Notes under the pieces: model-generated
The model's database searches: none
Told to the model about the DNA's origin: nothing
Seen by the model: only the letters and a program-made list of their open reading frames with translations
Shown here: positions 39,287 to 48,719 of the stretch, piece after piece
Layout of the letters: each line of letters opens with the position of its first letter
Position numbering within the stretch: the stretch's first letter is position 1
NCBI GenBank assembly: GCA_965200245.1
Contig: CBDATS010000015.1
Location: 288,001 to 352,000 of the forward strand
Reading direction: 5' to 3'
DNA from: a bacterium
GTDB taxonomy: Bacteria > UBA8248
Length of the DNA stretch: 64,000 bases
Translations under genes and position numbers: made by a program

Positions 39287-42200
39287 ATGAGTGTCCGGAT
39301 TGAAGAGCATCCGGGATTTTCCCATATCGAAAAACTCTTGCCCGGTGGTGCCCCTACTCCCGTGGCGACAGACCTCTTGTCACTGATAGGGGTGACCGAC
39401 TCAGTCGGCGTAATCAGAAATCTGCAGTCGCTGGCCCTTCACCCGGCGTTCCCGCGAAACAATTCAGGGTTTCTCCTCCAGTTACTGTCTTCCCTGCGCG
39501 ACACGTTCGACCCCGAGCGCGCCCTGAGCAACTTCGAGCGCATTTTGGGCACTCGCGAGAATCCGGATGCGCTCCTGAGAACCCTCACCCGCTCAGACGA
39601 TCGCCGGACGGAATTCTTCGCACTTGCAGGCGGAAGCCAGTTCCTGATCGAAACGATCTTGCGGCATCCCCGTTTTCTCGACTGGCTTTTGCGGCCCGCC
39701 ACGCTGAGATCCGTCCGTACCAAAGAAAAAATGGTTTCCGAACTTTGGAAGTGGGTGCGTGAGAATCAGGGTGCGCCCAAAGGGCCGGAAAACGCGATGC
39801 GCCGGTTCCGTCAGCGCGAATATCTGAGAATCGCCGTGCTGGATTTAACACGGCGAGCGTCCCTCATGGAGATCACGACGAACCTCTCATACCTGGCAGA
39901 TGCCTGCCTGGAAGTGGCGATCCGGATCGCCAGGGAGGAAATGGAGCAAAAATACGGCAGGCCCCAACATAAAGGCGCGGACGGGAGGTGGCGAAACACC
40001 GAATTCAGTGTGATAGGTATGGGCAAGCTCGGTGGGCTCGAACTCAACTTCAGTTCGGATATCGACTTGTTGTTCGTATATACATCGGACGAGGGACAAA
40101 CGACCGGGGTCACTGACGCGATTACGGGCCGGACGAAAAGGAGCATCTCCAACCACGAGTTTTTCGCACATCTGTCCAGACGCCTCATCTCCCTGATGGC
40201 GACGAACACCGAAGAGGGCCATGTCTTCCGCATCGATACGCGGCTGCGGCCCGAGGGTTCACAAGGCGCTCTGGCGTACTCGATCAGAAGCTGTGAGGTC
40301 TACTATGAATCCTGGGGTGAGACGTGGGAGCGGCAGGCATTCATCAAGGCCAGGCATTGCGGAGGTTCCGCCGCCTTGAGCGATGACTTCATGACGATGA
40401 TTCGTCCTTTCGTGTACCGGCGGACGATGGACATCAGCGTAATCGAGGAGATCGGCCGCATCAAGGGCCGCATCAACGAAAACCTCAAGGGCGAGGACGC
40501 CGCGACGAGAAACGTGAAACTCGGCGAAGGGGGCATCCGTGAGATCGAGTTCATCACCCAGGCGCTGCAAATCATCTACGGCGGCCGCGAGACACTTCTC
40601 CAGAATCCGGGCACTCTGGAAGGCCTGTCCATCATCGAGGCGCTCGGCCTTCTGCCCGCTCACGAGTGCGACCAGCTTTCGAACGCCTACGTCTTTCTGA
40701 GAGACGTGGAACATCGCGTACAGGTCACCCACGGGCTCCAGACACATGAGGTTCCGACGGACGAGAAAAGCCTGAACGTGCTGGCACGCAAGATGGACTG
40801 CGCTGACAGCAATGAATTGAAGACCCGGCTGGCGTACCACCAGAACAATGTTTCCAGGATTTTCGAGAACATGTTCCGAAATGAAAACGGGGACGAGGAA
40901 ACGAAATCGGCGAGCGGTCCGCCAACACCGGCGCTTACGCTGGAAGATTCGCTCTCCGCCGAGGATCTGGCCTCCTACAATTTCGTGGACCCCGAAGGAG
41001 TGAGCACCCATCTCAAGCTTCTGAGAAACGGCGCGTCGCTCGAACACGTCAGCGCCAAGGCAAAACGCATTTTCGACGAACTCCTTCCCCGTATGCTCTA
41101 TCAAACGCTCGACCTTCCCGAGCCGGACCGGGCCATCGCACACCTGAACAGATTTGTGGAAAAAGGAGGTGGCCGCGAGTCCATTCTGGGTTTCATGGCC
41201 GAGGAGGAAGAATCCCTTGAAATCATTCTCAAGCTCTTCGCTTCGAGCAATTACCTGGCCGAGGTCTTGATTGAACAGCCCGGGCTCTTCGAGACCCTCT
41301 TTCAGAGGGAAACCCTCTCGGGATTACGCTCGGGAAAGGCACTTGCCGAAAATCTGAAAAAAATAACAGATTCGCAAATCTCGACGGAAGAAAAATTCAA
41401 TCGTTTGCACCTGCTCAAAAAAAGCGAGGAACTCGCCATTGGCATCCGAAGCATACTCGGAGAGGCGGACATTCTCGAAACCCTCTCCGCCCTGTCTGCT
41501 CTTGCAGAAACCGTACTCAGGACCGGCTACGAGATCGCCCATCAGAGAATGCTCAAACTTTACGGCGTATCGATGGAGGCCAATAGGGAGACCGAGGCCC
41601 GGTTCGCCATCATCGGTCTCGGCAAGATGGGTAGCGGGGAGATGAACTACGGATCGGACCTCGATCTGATTTTCGTATACAGCGCCGCCGGGAGCACGAA
41701 CGGTCAATTTAACGGAAAGCCCGCCGAATACAGGGCCATCTCGAATCATGAGTTCTACATCAAGCTCGTCACCTGTTTGCGTGATGGCCTCGCCGCCTCC
41801 GCCACGCGGGACCGGACTTATGAAATGGACCTGCGGCTTCGGCCCGAAGGAGAAAAAGGTGCCTTGACGGCCCCGATCGATATATTCAAGGAATACTTCA
41901 AGAACCGGGCTAAAATATGGGAAAAACAATCGCTTACAAGATCAAGATCCGTTGCGGGATCGCAGGAATTCGGTGCGGAATTCATGGCGGTCGTGCATGA
42001 GTTCGTATATGAGCGCGAAGTGCCCACAGATCTCGTCGAACAGGTTCGCCACATGCGGGGACGCATCGAAAACGAACTCTCCCGCGAGGATGAGGCAATC
42101 GCCGACGTCAAGCTCGGTCGCGGAGGAATCATCGACATCGAGTTTTTGACACAGTACCTATTGATTCAAAACGGGGGCGGGTGCCCTGAACTCCGGGTTC

Positions 42201-42502
42201 CGAACACCTACTTTGCCTTGAAGTCGCTGCATGAGGCGGGTCTGCTTTCGTATGAGGATATCGGCGCGCTGCTCGACGGGTACCGCTTCTTGCGCCTCGT
42301 CGAAAACCGCCTTCGCATCGGCAATGCGCAGTCGATCAACATATTCCTCAAAACGAAACAGGCCATGGACATGCTGGCACGACGGATGAATTTCGTGGAT
42401 GACATGGACGGCAGTGCCCAGGCCAAGTTTCTGGCCCAGTACGAGAGAAATACGGACCGTGTCAGAGCAGTGTACGAGAAAATTGTAGCCACGAACGAGT
42501 GA
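39287..42502 (+). CDS. glnE: Glutamine synthetase adenylyltransferase/adenylyl-removing enzyme
   Basis: Two nucleotidyltransferase repeats: GMGKLGG.ELNFSSDIDL, DTRLRPEG, K.G.GGIREIEF. Confidence 0.95.
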   Translation: MSVRIEEHPGFSHIEKLLPGGAPTPVATDLLSLIGVTDSVGVIRNLQSLALHPAFPRNNSGFLLQLLSSLRDTFDPERALSNFERILGTRENPDALLRTLTRSDDRRTEFFALAGGSQFLIETILRHPRFLDWLLRPATLRSVRTKEKMVSELWKWVRENQGAPKGPENAMRRFRQREYLRIAVLDLTRRASLMEITTNLSYLADACLEVAIRIAREEMEQKYGRPQHKGADGRWRNTEFSVIGMGKLGGLELNFSSDIDLLFVYTSDEGQTTGVTDAITGRTKRSISNHEFFAHLSRRLISLMATNTEEGHVFRIDTRLRPEGSQGALAYSIRSCEVYYESWGETWERQAFIKARHCGGSAALSDDFMTMIRPFVYRRTMDISVIEEIGRIKGRINENLKGEDAATRNVKLGEGGIREIEFITQALQIIYGGRETLLQNPGTLEGLSIIEALGLLPAHECDQLSNAYVFLRDVEHRVQVTHGLQTHEVPTDEKSLNVLARKMDCADSNELKTRLAYHQNNVSRIFENMFRNENGDEETKSASGPPTPALTLEDSLSAEDLASYNFVDPEGVSTHLKLLRNGASLEHVSAKAKRIFDELLPRMLYQTLDLPEPDRAIAHLNRFVEKGGGRESILGFMAEEEESLEIILKLFASSNYLAEVLIEQPGLFETLFQRETLSGLRSGKALAENLKKITDSQISTEEKFNRLHLLKKSEELAIGIRSILGEADILETLSALSALAETVLRTGYEIAHQRMLKLYGVSMEANRETEARFAIIGLGKMGSGEMNYGSDLDLIFVYSAAGSTNGQFNGKPAEYRAISNHEFYIKLVTCLRDGLAASATRDRTYEMDLRLRPEGEKGALTAPIDIFKEYFKNRAKIWEKQSLTRSRSVAGSQEFGAEFMAVVHEFVYEREVPTDLVEQVRHMRGRIENELSREDEAIADVKLGRGGIIDIEFLTQYLLIQNGGGCPELRVPNTYFALKSLHEAGLLSYEDIGALLDGYRFLRLVENRLRIGNAQSINIFLKTKQAMDMLARRMNFVDDMDGSAQAKFLAQYERNTDRVRAVYEKIVATNE

Positions 42503-42577
42503 TTGGCCGGGCGGGAACCGCCTGACGAGCATCTTCGTGAATTCTTTTGGCTCGATATATATACCAGAGGATTCGAG

Positions 42578-43801
42578 TTGATAATCAATCCCGAACGTTT
42601 TCGCCGTTCCATGGAGGAAATGGCCCGGATTGGAGCGACCGCAGGAGGTGGTGTAAACCGTCTTACACTCACCGATGCAGACAAGGAAGCCAGGGATTTG
42701 TTCGCTGCCTGGGCGAGAGACGCCAGCCTCGAATTGCAAATCGACGAGGTGGGGAACATGTTTGCGAGGCGCGCGGGCCGGGAAGACGACGCCCCTCCTA
42801 CCATGGCTGGCAGTCACCTCGACAGCGTTCCCAACGGAGGTCGCTTCGATGGGTCGCTGGGTGTGTTGGCAGCACTGGAAGCCGTCCGAACGCTGAACGA
42901 CGGGAAAATCTCGACGAGACGTCCGTTGGAAATCGTGAACTGGACGAACGAGGAAGGGCCTCGCTTCCCGCCTTCCATGCTCGGAAGCGGCGTTTTTGCA
43001 GGCGCAATTGCGCTCGAGTCCGCCTATGAGACGCAAGACTCGCAAGGTGCCAGATTCGTGGACGAACTTGAGCGCATCGGCTACCGGGGCGATGTGCCCT
43101 GTGCACCCCGGCCCCTGGGGTCTTATCTCGAACTCCATATCGAACAAGGTCCCGCCCTCGTAAGCGAGGGTGTGCAGGTCGGTGTCGTAGAAGGAATCTT
43201 CGGCCTCACATGGCTTCGGATCACGATGAGAGGCGAACGCGACCACGCTGGCCCAACGCCGATGCACATGCGACGGGACGCTCTGGCAGGTGCTTCGCGA
43301 ACGATTGCGGCCATACGTGAAATTCCCGCAAAACTGCATCCTGAATTCGTCGCCACTGTCGGAGAACTCTCCCTCTCGCCAAACGCCATCAACGTCATTC
43401 CCGAACGGGTGACCTTCTCTGTAGATTTTCGCCACAGCGAAGCCGAACTGCTTCGTGAGGCGCGAAAACTCATTGAGGAGGCCGCACGCCGCGAGGCGGA
43501 ACAGGAAAGTCTCCAAATCGAGATACAGGAGGTCGGCGGTTCTACCCCCACCCGTTTCGACGACGGGGTAGCGGAGGCCATTGAAGCCGCTTGCGGAGAA
43601 TCGGACTACAGCCGTCGGCGCATGTGGAGTGCCGCCGGGCACGACGCCCGCTATGCGGCCGATCTGGGCCCCACGGCCATGATCTTCGTGCCATGCATCG
43701 CCGGGAAAAGCCACTCTGAAGAAGAAGACATGGACTGGGAGGACGCCTACAGGGGTTGCGACGTTCTGGCTCGCACATTGCTGAAAATGGCGGATTCCTG
43801 A
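42578..43801 (+). CDS. Zn-dependent amidohydrolase (allantoate/N-carbamoyl-amino-acid amidohydrolase, M20)
   Basis: GSHLDSVPNGGRFDG, NEEG.RF, ELHIEQG, HAGPTPM and SAAGHDA motifs. Confidence 0.92.
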   Translation: MIINPERFRRSMEEMARIGATAGGGVNRLTLTDADKEARDLFAAWARDASLELQIDEVGNMFARRAGREDDAPPTMAGSHLDSVPNGGRFDGSLGVLAALEAVRTLNDGKISTRRPLEIVNWTNEEGPRFPPSMLGSGVFAGAIALESAYETQDSQGARFVDELERIGYRGDVPCAPRPLGSYLELHIEQGPALVSEGVQVGVVEGIFGLTWLRITMRGERDHAGPTPMHMRRDALAGASRTIAAIREIPAKLHPEFVATVGELSLSPNAINVIPERVTFSVDFRHSEAELLREARKLIEEAARREAEQESLQIEIQEVGGSTPTRFDDGVAEAIEAACGESDYSRRRMWSAAGHDARYAADLGPTAMIFVPCIAGKSHSEEEDMDWEDAYRGCDVLARTLLKMADS

Positions 43802-43840
43802 GCACAAAACTTCCAACTTTACTAGGATGAGGAAAAACGA

Positions 43841-44671
43841 ATGCCTAGAGTGAAATGGAAAAACGGAGCGCGCTGTGCCGTATGTCTGACTTTCGACGTG
43901 GACGGCGAGACGGTCTGGATGGGCCGGGATCCCTCACTGGGTGGACGCCCCATCCACAACTCCATGGGCGCCTACGGCCCGAAGGTCGGGATTCCCCGGA
44001 TACTCAAGCTCTTGAAGAAATACGATCTTCCCGGCGCTTTCTACATCCCGAGCTGGACGGTCGAGAAATGGCCGAAAATGACTGATTCCATCGTGAAGGC
44101 GGGGCATGAAATCGGCCACCATGGCCACATTCACGAAAAACCCTATCAGATGTGCGATGTCGAACGCGAAGAGGAATTGCTCGTACGTGCCCTGGAGATA
44201 CTGAAACGGAATACGGGTCAGGAAATCCTGGGTTCGCGCACTCCCTCGGCGGACCCGAGCGTCCACACCATGGGACTCCTCAAAAAACACGGACTTCTGT
44301 ACCACTCGAACATGATGGACGACGACTGGCCTTACTATCACGGTTGCGGCCTTGTCGAATTGCCCACCAAGTGGAGTCTCGACGATTTCATCTTCTTCGC
44401 CCACAGCACGAATCCGCCGCTGGGCCACGGTATCCGCGACCCCGAATCGGTCTACTCGATATGGGTGGAGGAATTCGAAGGTACGTACGAGGAAGGTGGA
44501 TACATCAACATCATGTGCCATCCCCAGATTATCGGCCAGCATCACCGCATGCGGATGCTGGAGAAACTGATTCAGCACATCCTCGCGAAAGGTGACGCCT
44601 GGGTCGCCGCACCTGTAGACGTGGCAAAATGCTGGGCCTCACAAAGGAAAGCTCCCAAGGCGAAAAGATAA
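43841..44671 (+). CDS. Polysaccharide deacetylase family (PuuE/HP0310-like)
   Basis: LTFDVD, YGPKVGIPR, HEIGHHGHIHE and HPQIIG motifs. Confidence 0.88.
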   Translation: MPRVKWKNGARCAVCLTFDVDGETVWMGRDPSLGGRPIHNSMGAYGPKVGIPRILKLLKKYDLPGAFYIPSWTVEKWPKMTDSIVKAGHEIGHHGHIHEKPYQMCDVEREEELLVRALEILKRNTGQEILGSRTPSADPSVHTMGLLKKHGLLYHSNMMDDDWPYYHGCGLVELPTKWSLDDFIFFAHSTNPPLGHGIRDPESVYSIWVEEFEGTYEEGGYINIMCHPQIIGQHHRMRMLEKLIQHILAKGDAWVAAPVDVAKCWASQRKAPKAKR

Positions 44672-44685
44672 GGCGCAGCCAGTCT

Positions 44686-45123
44686 TCAGAGTACCGGGGA
44701 GAGAAAGCCCAGCAGGCCGGCGTAGACTGCGTGGGCGATCAAGGCAGTCTGCCATGCCCTGGGGTGGTATTTTCGGCTGAAAAAACCATGACCCGTGATA
44801 AGCGGGTTGAAGATGCACTGCGAGAAAATCAAAAGTGCTGCACCCCAAATCAAGCCGCGTACAACGTTCGGTCCGGGAAGACATCCTGCCGCCCAAGTGG
44901 CGTACAGCAGAACGAAGATAATGCCGTTCAGGTGAACGGCGATAAAGCCGAGTACATAAGGCGGATTCCCCTCATACGCCTCACCAAAGAGAAGCATCGA
45001 CACGCCCTTGCCGTAATCAAGCTTCACCATGCCAATTTTATCGGCGACCAGGGCGAAGACGAGATGAGCGTAGGTGGCCAGAAACGAAACTGCGCAGGCC
45101 ACGAAAAAATCACCCGGATCCAT
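44686..45123 (-). CDS. Hypothetical 4-TM membrane protein with His in TM helices
   Basis: Hydrophobic helices containing TYAH, VHLNG and AHAVY; GGAGG RBS. Confidence 0.7.
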   Translation of the reverse strand: MDPGDFFVACAVSFLATYAHLVFALVADKIGMVKLDYGKGVSMLLFGEAYEGNPPYVLGFIAVHLNGIIFVLLYATWAAGCLPGPNVVRGLIWGAALLIFSQCIFNPLITGHGFFSRKYHPRAWQTALIAHAVYAGLLGFLSPVL

Positions 45124-45185
45124 GAAATCCCTCCAAGTTCAGCGAATCCGTCCTGCCGGTAGCGGAACTCCAGCGAGCACTCCGT

Positions 45186-46367
45186 CTAACCGGTGTATTC
45201 CAATATATGCATTCCCGCCCCGTTTCGATCGATCAGGTACAACAAACCGTTTTCATCCACGCCGATGTCGTTCGACTGGACGTAGTCCTTCCCGAAGTTG
45301 AGTTCCGGGATATAATGCCCTGCTTCCCTGGGCTTGAAGGGGTCCGAGAGATCAATGGCACGAAGCCCCGAATTGAAATACGTGAGGAAAACGATATCCT
45401 TCCAGGGTCCGTCAGCGGGCGTGTATTCCAGAATGTTGTGCGCGCCGAAACGACCACCCCGGTTCATGTTCTCTTCCCTTTCCGGTATGTACGTCGAAAC
45501 GGGGATCGGGTTCGTCTCGTCCCGAATGTCCACCACCCACATGAACTGGCTGCTCTCGTAGTTTTCCTGAGCGCGCGCCTCGTCTGTCACCACCACATAG
45601 GGTCTGTCGCCGAGCGGCCACACGGTATGCGTGGAGCCGACGAAGGGTGGCGACCAGCAGAGGTGTCCCACGCACTTGATGTCGCGCAAGTCGCTGCAAT
45701 CGAAAATACCCATTCCGCCCCCCCAGAAGCCGCAGTACATGCGATCTCCCCGGATAGTCGCCGGTCCGTGGCAAGTCCAGGAACGTTCGAAATCTTCGGG
45801 TTCCTCGTATTCATGATCGAGGCTCATATCCTGTTGCGGAAGACCGACGATATTCAGCACTTCGGGTTTCAGGGGGTTCGTGATGTCGAGTGTCCACATG
45901 ACACGGTTTCGCCACCCCTCTGCATGATTCGGCAAGAAAGCGAGCCCACGCTCGTTGTCGACACCGAATCGATGCGGTCCGGTGCCGGGCAGATCGAAAA
46001 AGCCGACTTCCCTGGGTTCCGCCGGATTGGAGATATCGAAAATACACACGCCCGCCCTCGCCTTCTCGCCTTCCGGCGTCTTGAGGCGTTCGTGATTCAC
46101 GTACAGCAGGTCGTCTCCCACGATACGCACCTTGTGGTTATGAAGACCGGGTGGTGCGAACACCTCGGCGATGCGCTTGGGATTACCAGGGTCGGATACG
46201 TCATGGACGGTCCAGCCCTCAGGACCGTCGTAGCTCGCCGTTCCCACCGCGCCCACATAGGCATATCCGTCCTTCACCTCTACCAGGCTGCCCCCTCCCC
46301 ACGCCGCGTCCGGGTCGTGCCCGATAAGTTTGAAATTCCTCGCTTCCGCCGGTGCGCCCCTCGCCAT
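45186..46367 (-). CDS. LVIVD-repeat beta-propeller protein
   Basis: Repeated IFDIS.PA.P.EVG units; VVTDE, RFGAHN and YFNSGLR motifs. Confidence 0.85.
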   Translation of the reverse strand: MARGAPAEARNFKLIGHDPDAAWGGGSLVEVKDGYAYVGAVGTASYDGPEGWTVHDVSDPGNPKRIAEVFAPPGLHNHKVRIVGDDLLYVNHERLKTPEGEKARAGVCIFDISNPAEPREVGFFDLPGTGPHRFGVDNERGLAFLPNHAEGWRNRVMWTLDITNPLKPEVLNIVGLPQQDMSLDHEYEEPEDFERSWTCHGPATIRGDRMYCGFWGGGMGIFDCSDLRDIKCVGHLCWSPPFVGSTHTVWPLGDRPYVVVTDEARAQENYESSQFMWVVDIRDETNPIPVSTYIPEREENMNRGGRFGAHNILEYTPADGPWKDIVFLTYFNSGLRAIDLSDPFKPREAGHYIPELNFGKDYVQSNDIGVDENGLLYLIDRNGAGMHILEYTG

Positions 46368-46405
46368 TGTCCGCCTCCTGTGAGTCGCCAGAAAATCAAC
46401 GGTGA

Positions 46406-47284
46406 TTACGAGCGGTCTTTCCCCTCGTACACCTCCACCACACGCGCGCAATCATCTTCCGTCCAGCCCGCGTCATGCGCGTGCCGGAACATATCAAGCG
46501 CGGATTCCGTCATACAGGCATCAAATCCTTTTTCTCTTGCCAAGTCAACGCAGAGACCAAGATCTTTCACGTATATTCCCACCGAAGCGTGGGGTGTGAA
46601 ATCGCGTTCGAGAATCTTCTCTCCTTTCAGGTCCAGAAGAACGCTCGCCGCCGCTCCCGAGCGCAGGCAGGACAGAATGGTATCGGTCGATAAGCCCGAA
46701 CGCTCGCCCAGAAGTAAACCTTCCGCCAGCAGGGCAACGCCCGCGTTCACGATGAGGTTTGTCACCAGTTTCATGGAACAGCCGGTTCCGTTGGCTCCGG
46801 TATGGAGGACGCTTTTGGCCAGGGGCCCGATGATGGGCTTTATTCGTTCGAAAATTTCTTTTTTCCCGCCCACCATGTAGGCCAGTGTTCTCGACTCCAC
46901 GTGCGGCACGGTTCCCGATACGGGGGCATCGACCATCTCCACGCCCCTGGCTACGAGCTTTCTTGCCAAATCAGCCGACCAGGTCGGGTTCATCGTGCTC
47001 ATTTCGACCAGGATAAGACCTTTCTTTCCTGCAGTGGCGATCCCTTCCGCCCCGATGGTATTCATCTCGATGTGTTCGGGCCTGAGCAGCATGGTGAAAA
47101 CCACGTCCGAACGCTCGGCCACCTCTTTCGCATTCATGCAAGGGGTTCCCCCCGCCTCTTTTAACTGCTCCATGCGAACAGGGTCGACGTCGAAACCCGC
47201 CACCTCATGGCCGTCCGCAAGCAGGTTTCGGGTCAGGGGCGTTCCCATCTTGCCAAGACCAACAAATCCCAATTTCTCACGCAT
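46406..47284 (-). CDS. NAD(P)-dependent beta-hydroxyacid dehydrogenase (3-hydroxyisobutyrate dehydrogenase family)
   Basis: GFVGLGKMG, DAPVSG, K...N and KDL motifs. Confidence 0.92.
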   Translation of the reverse strand: MREKLGFVGLGKMGTPLTRNLLADGHEVAGFDVDPVRMEQLKEAGGTPCMNAKEVAERSDVVFTMLLRPEHIEMNTIGAEGIATAGKKGLILVEMSTMNPTWSADLARKLVARGVEMVDAPVSGTVPHVESRTLAYMVGGKKEIFERIKPIIGPLAKSVLHTGANGTGCSMKLVTNLIVNAGVALLAEGLLLGERSGLSTDTILSCLRSGAAASVLLDLKGEKILERDFTPHASVGIYVKDLGLCVDLAREKGFDACMTESALDMFRHAHDAGWTEDDCARVVEVYEGKDRS

Positions 47285-47432
47285 GCTTCATCTCGCCTCC
47301 CGATATGACAATGAACCATGTTTCGTTCGATCGTTTCACTTCACCCTCGATGAGAGCGTAGAATACACAGGTTTTTCAAAGATAGCCGGATATTTCGCTT
47401 TGTGAACTGATAATGCGATGGAGAGGAGACCC

Positions 47433-48509
47433 ATGCCAGCCACTCCCCTGCTCGACTTGCACCAGGCCGCCAATGCCCGACTCATGAAAGAAGACGGTTG
47501 GATGATCCCCGCCTCGTTCGAAGACGCGGTCTCGGAGCATCTTGCATGCAGGGAAAGCGCCATCCTGGTCGATCTCTCCCACAGGGGGCTTCTTCGCTTC
47601 AGCGGCCCGGACACCGGAGAGTTTCTCCACCGCATGCTTTCCAACCGCGCACAGGAACTCAGACCCGGAGAGGGCGTGTACAACACTTTCCTGACGCGTC
47701 AGGGCAAGTTTATATCCGATATGTACATGTACCAGAGCGAAAATTCCATTCTCGCTTCCGTGGCTTCCGGAATAGCGCCGGTGCTTGCCGAGGAAATCGA
47801 CAGATTCATCATCATGGATCAGGTGGAAGTGACAGATGAGACGGAATCCTGTTTCTGTCTCGCTCTCTTCGGCCCCTATTCAAGAGAAATAATCGCGCAA
47901 GCAGGAATGGGCGATCCCTCTCCCGAAGAACACGGCCACACGGCGTCAGGAAACGTAGTAATGGCCCGCGAACTGTGGACCGGAGAAGACGGCTATCTGT
48001 TCCTGGGCCTTCGCGAGGAAGCGGAGCATCTCTGGCGGACGCTATTGGAGGCAGGCGCGAAGCCTGCGGGCATCGCCGCATTCGAATCGCTCACGCTGGA
48101 AGCAGGCGTGCCGCTTTTCGGCAAGGACATGACCTCGGCCGTCAACCCCATGCAGGCGGGACTTGAAGAAAAGGCCATCGATTTCCAGAAAGGTTGCTAC
48201 ATCGGTCAGGAGGTCATCGCCAAGATCAAGTATCTCGGCCAGGTGAACCGGGGCCTCGTGGGGCTAAGGCTCGATGGAGAAACCGTCCCCGAGCCGGGAG
48301 CCGCCGTTTTCGCAGGCGATCAGAACATCGGTTCCATCACCCGGTCCGCGTATTGCCCGACGCTCGACACCATACTCGCTTTTTCGTATCTGCCTCGCGC
48401 GCAGATGGAGCAGGGATATGTGGTAAGCGTAGATTGCCAGGGAGCAAATGCGCGCGCAACGGTCAGGAACCTGCCCTTCTATCGCAGGGAAAGCGAAGCC
48501 ATCAGCTAG
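47433..48509 (+). CDS. ygfZ: YgfZ/GcvT-family folate-binding protein
   Basis: DLSHRG and KGCYIGQEV motifs. Confidence 0.85.
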   Translation: MPATPLLDLHQAANARLMKEDGWMIPASFEDAVSEHLACRESAILVDLSHRGLLRFSGPDTGEFLHRMLSNRAQELRPGEGVYNTFLTRQGKFISDMYMYQSENSILASVASGIAPVLAEEIDRFIIMDQVEVTDETESCFCLALFGPYSREIIAQAGMGDPSPEEHGHTASGNVVMARELWTGEDGYLFLGLREEAEHLWRTLLEAGAKPAGIAAFESLTLEAGVPLFGKDMTSAVNPMQAGLEEKAIDFQKGCYIGQEVIAKIKYLGQVNRGLVGLRLDGETVPEPGAAVFAGDQNIGSITRSAYCPTLDTILAFSYLPRAQMEQGYVVSVDCQGANARATVRNLPFYRRESEAIS

Positions 48510-48719
48510 GACGGGAGAGTTCGATACAATCCAGAAATTCGGGTGACGGACGAATCGAAAACTACCCCGAAGCGCTTTTGACTTCTTTTATCCTGCGAGG
48601 CATATTGCGGCCTTCTTTGGGCGGGTTTCGGTGGAATTCGCGATTCATTCCGGAGAATTTTTTCCGCACGACAGACCCTCTCTTTTCAAGGAATTCCGCT
48701 CCCCTGGAGGAAGAAACAG

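Noticed and set aside
18675-46880. Long antisense ORFs (e.g. 18675-20096, 29211-30635, 33345-34694, 35758-36930, 42158-43816, 45207-46880)
   Set aside because: They are shadows of well-supported genes on the opposite strand in GC-rich DNA and have no recognisable motifs.
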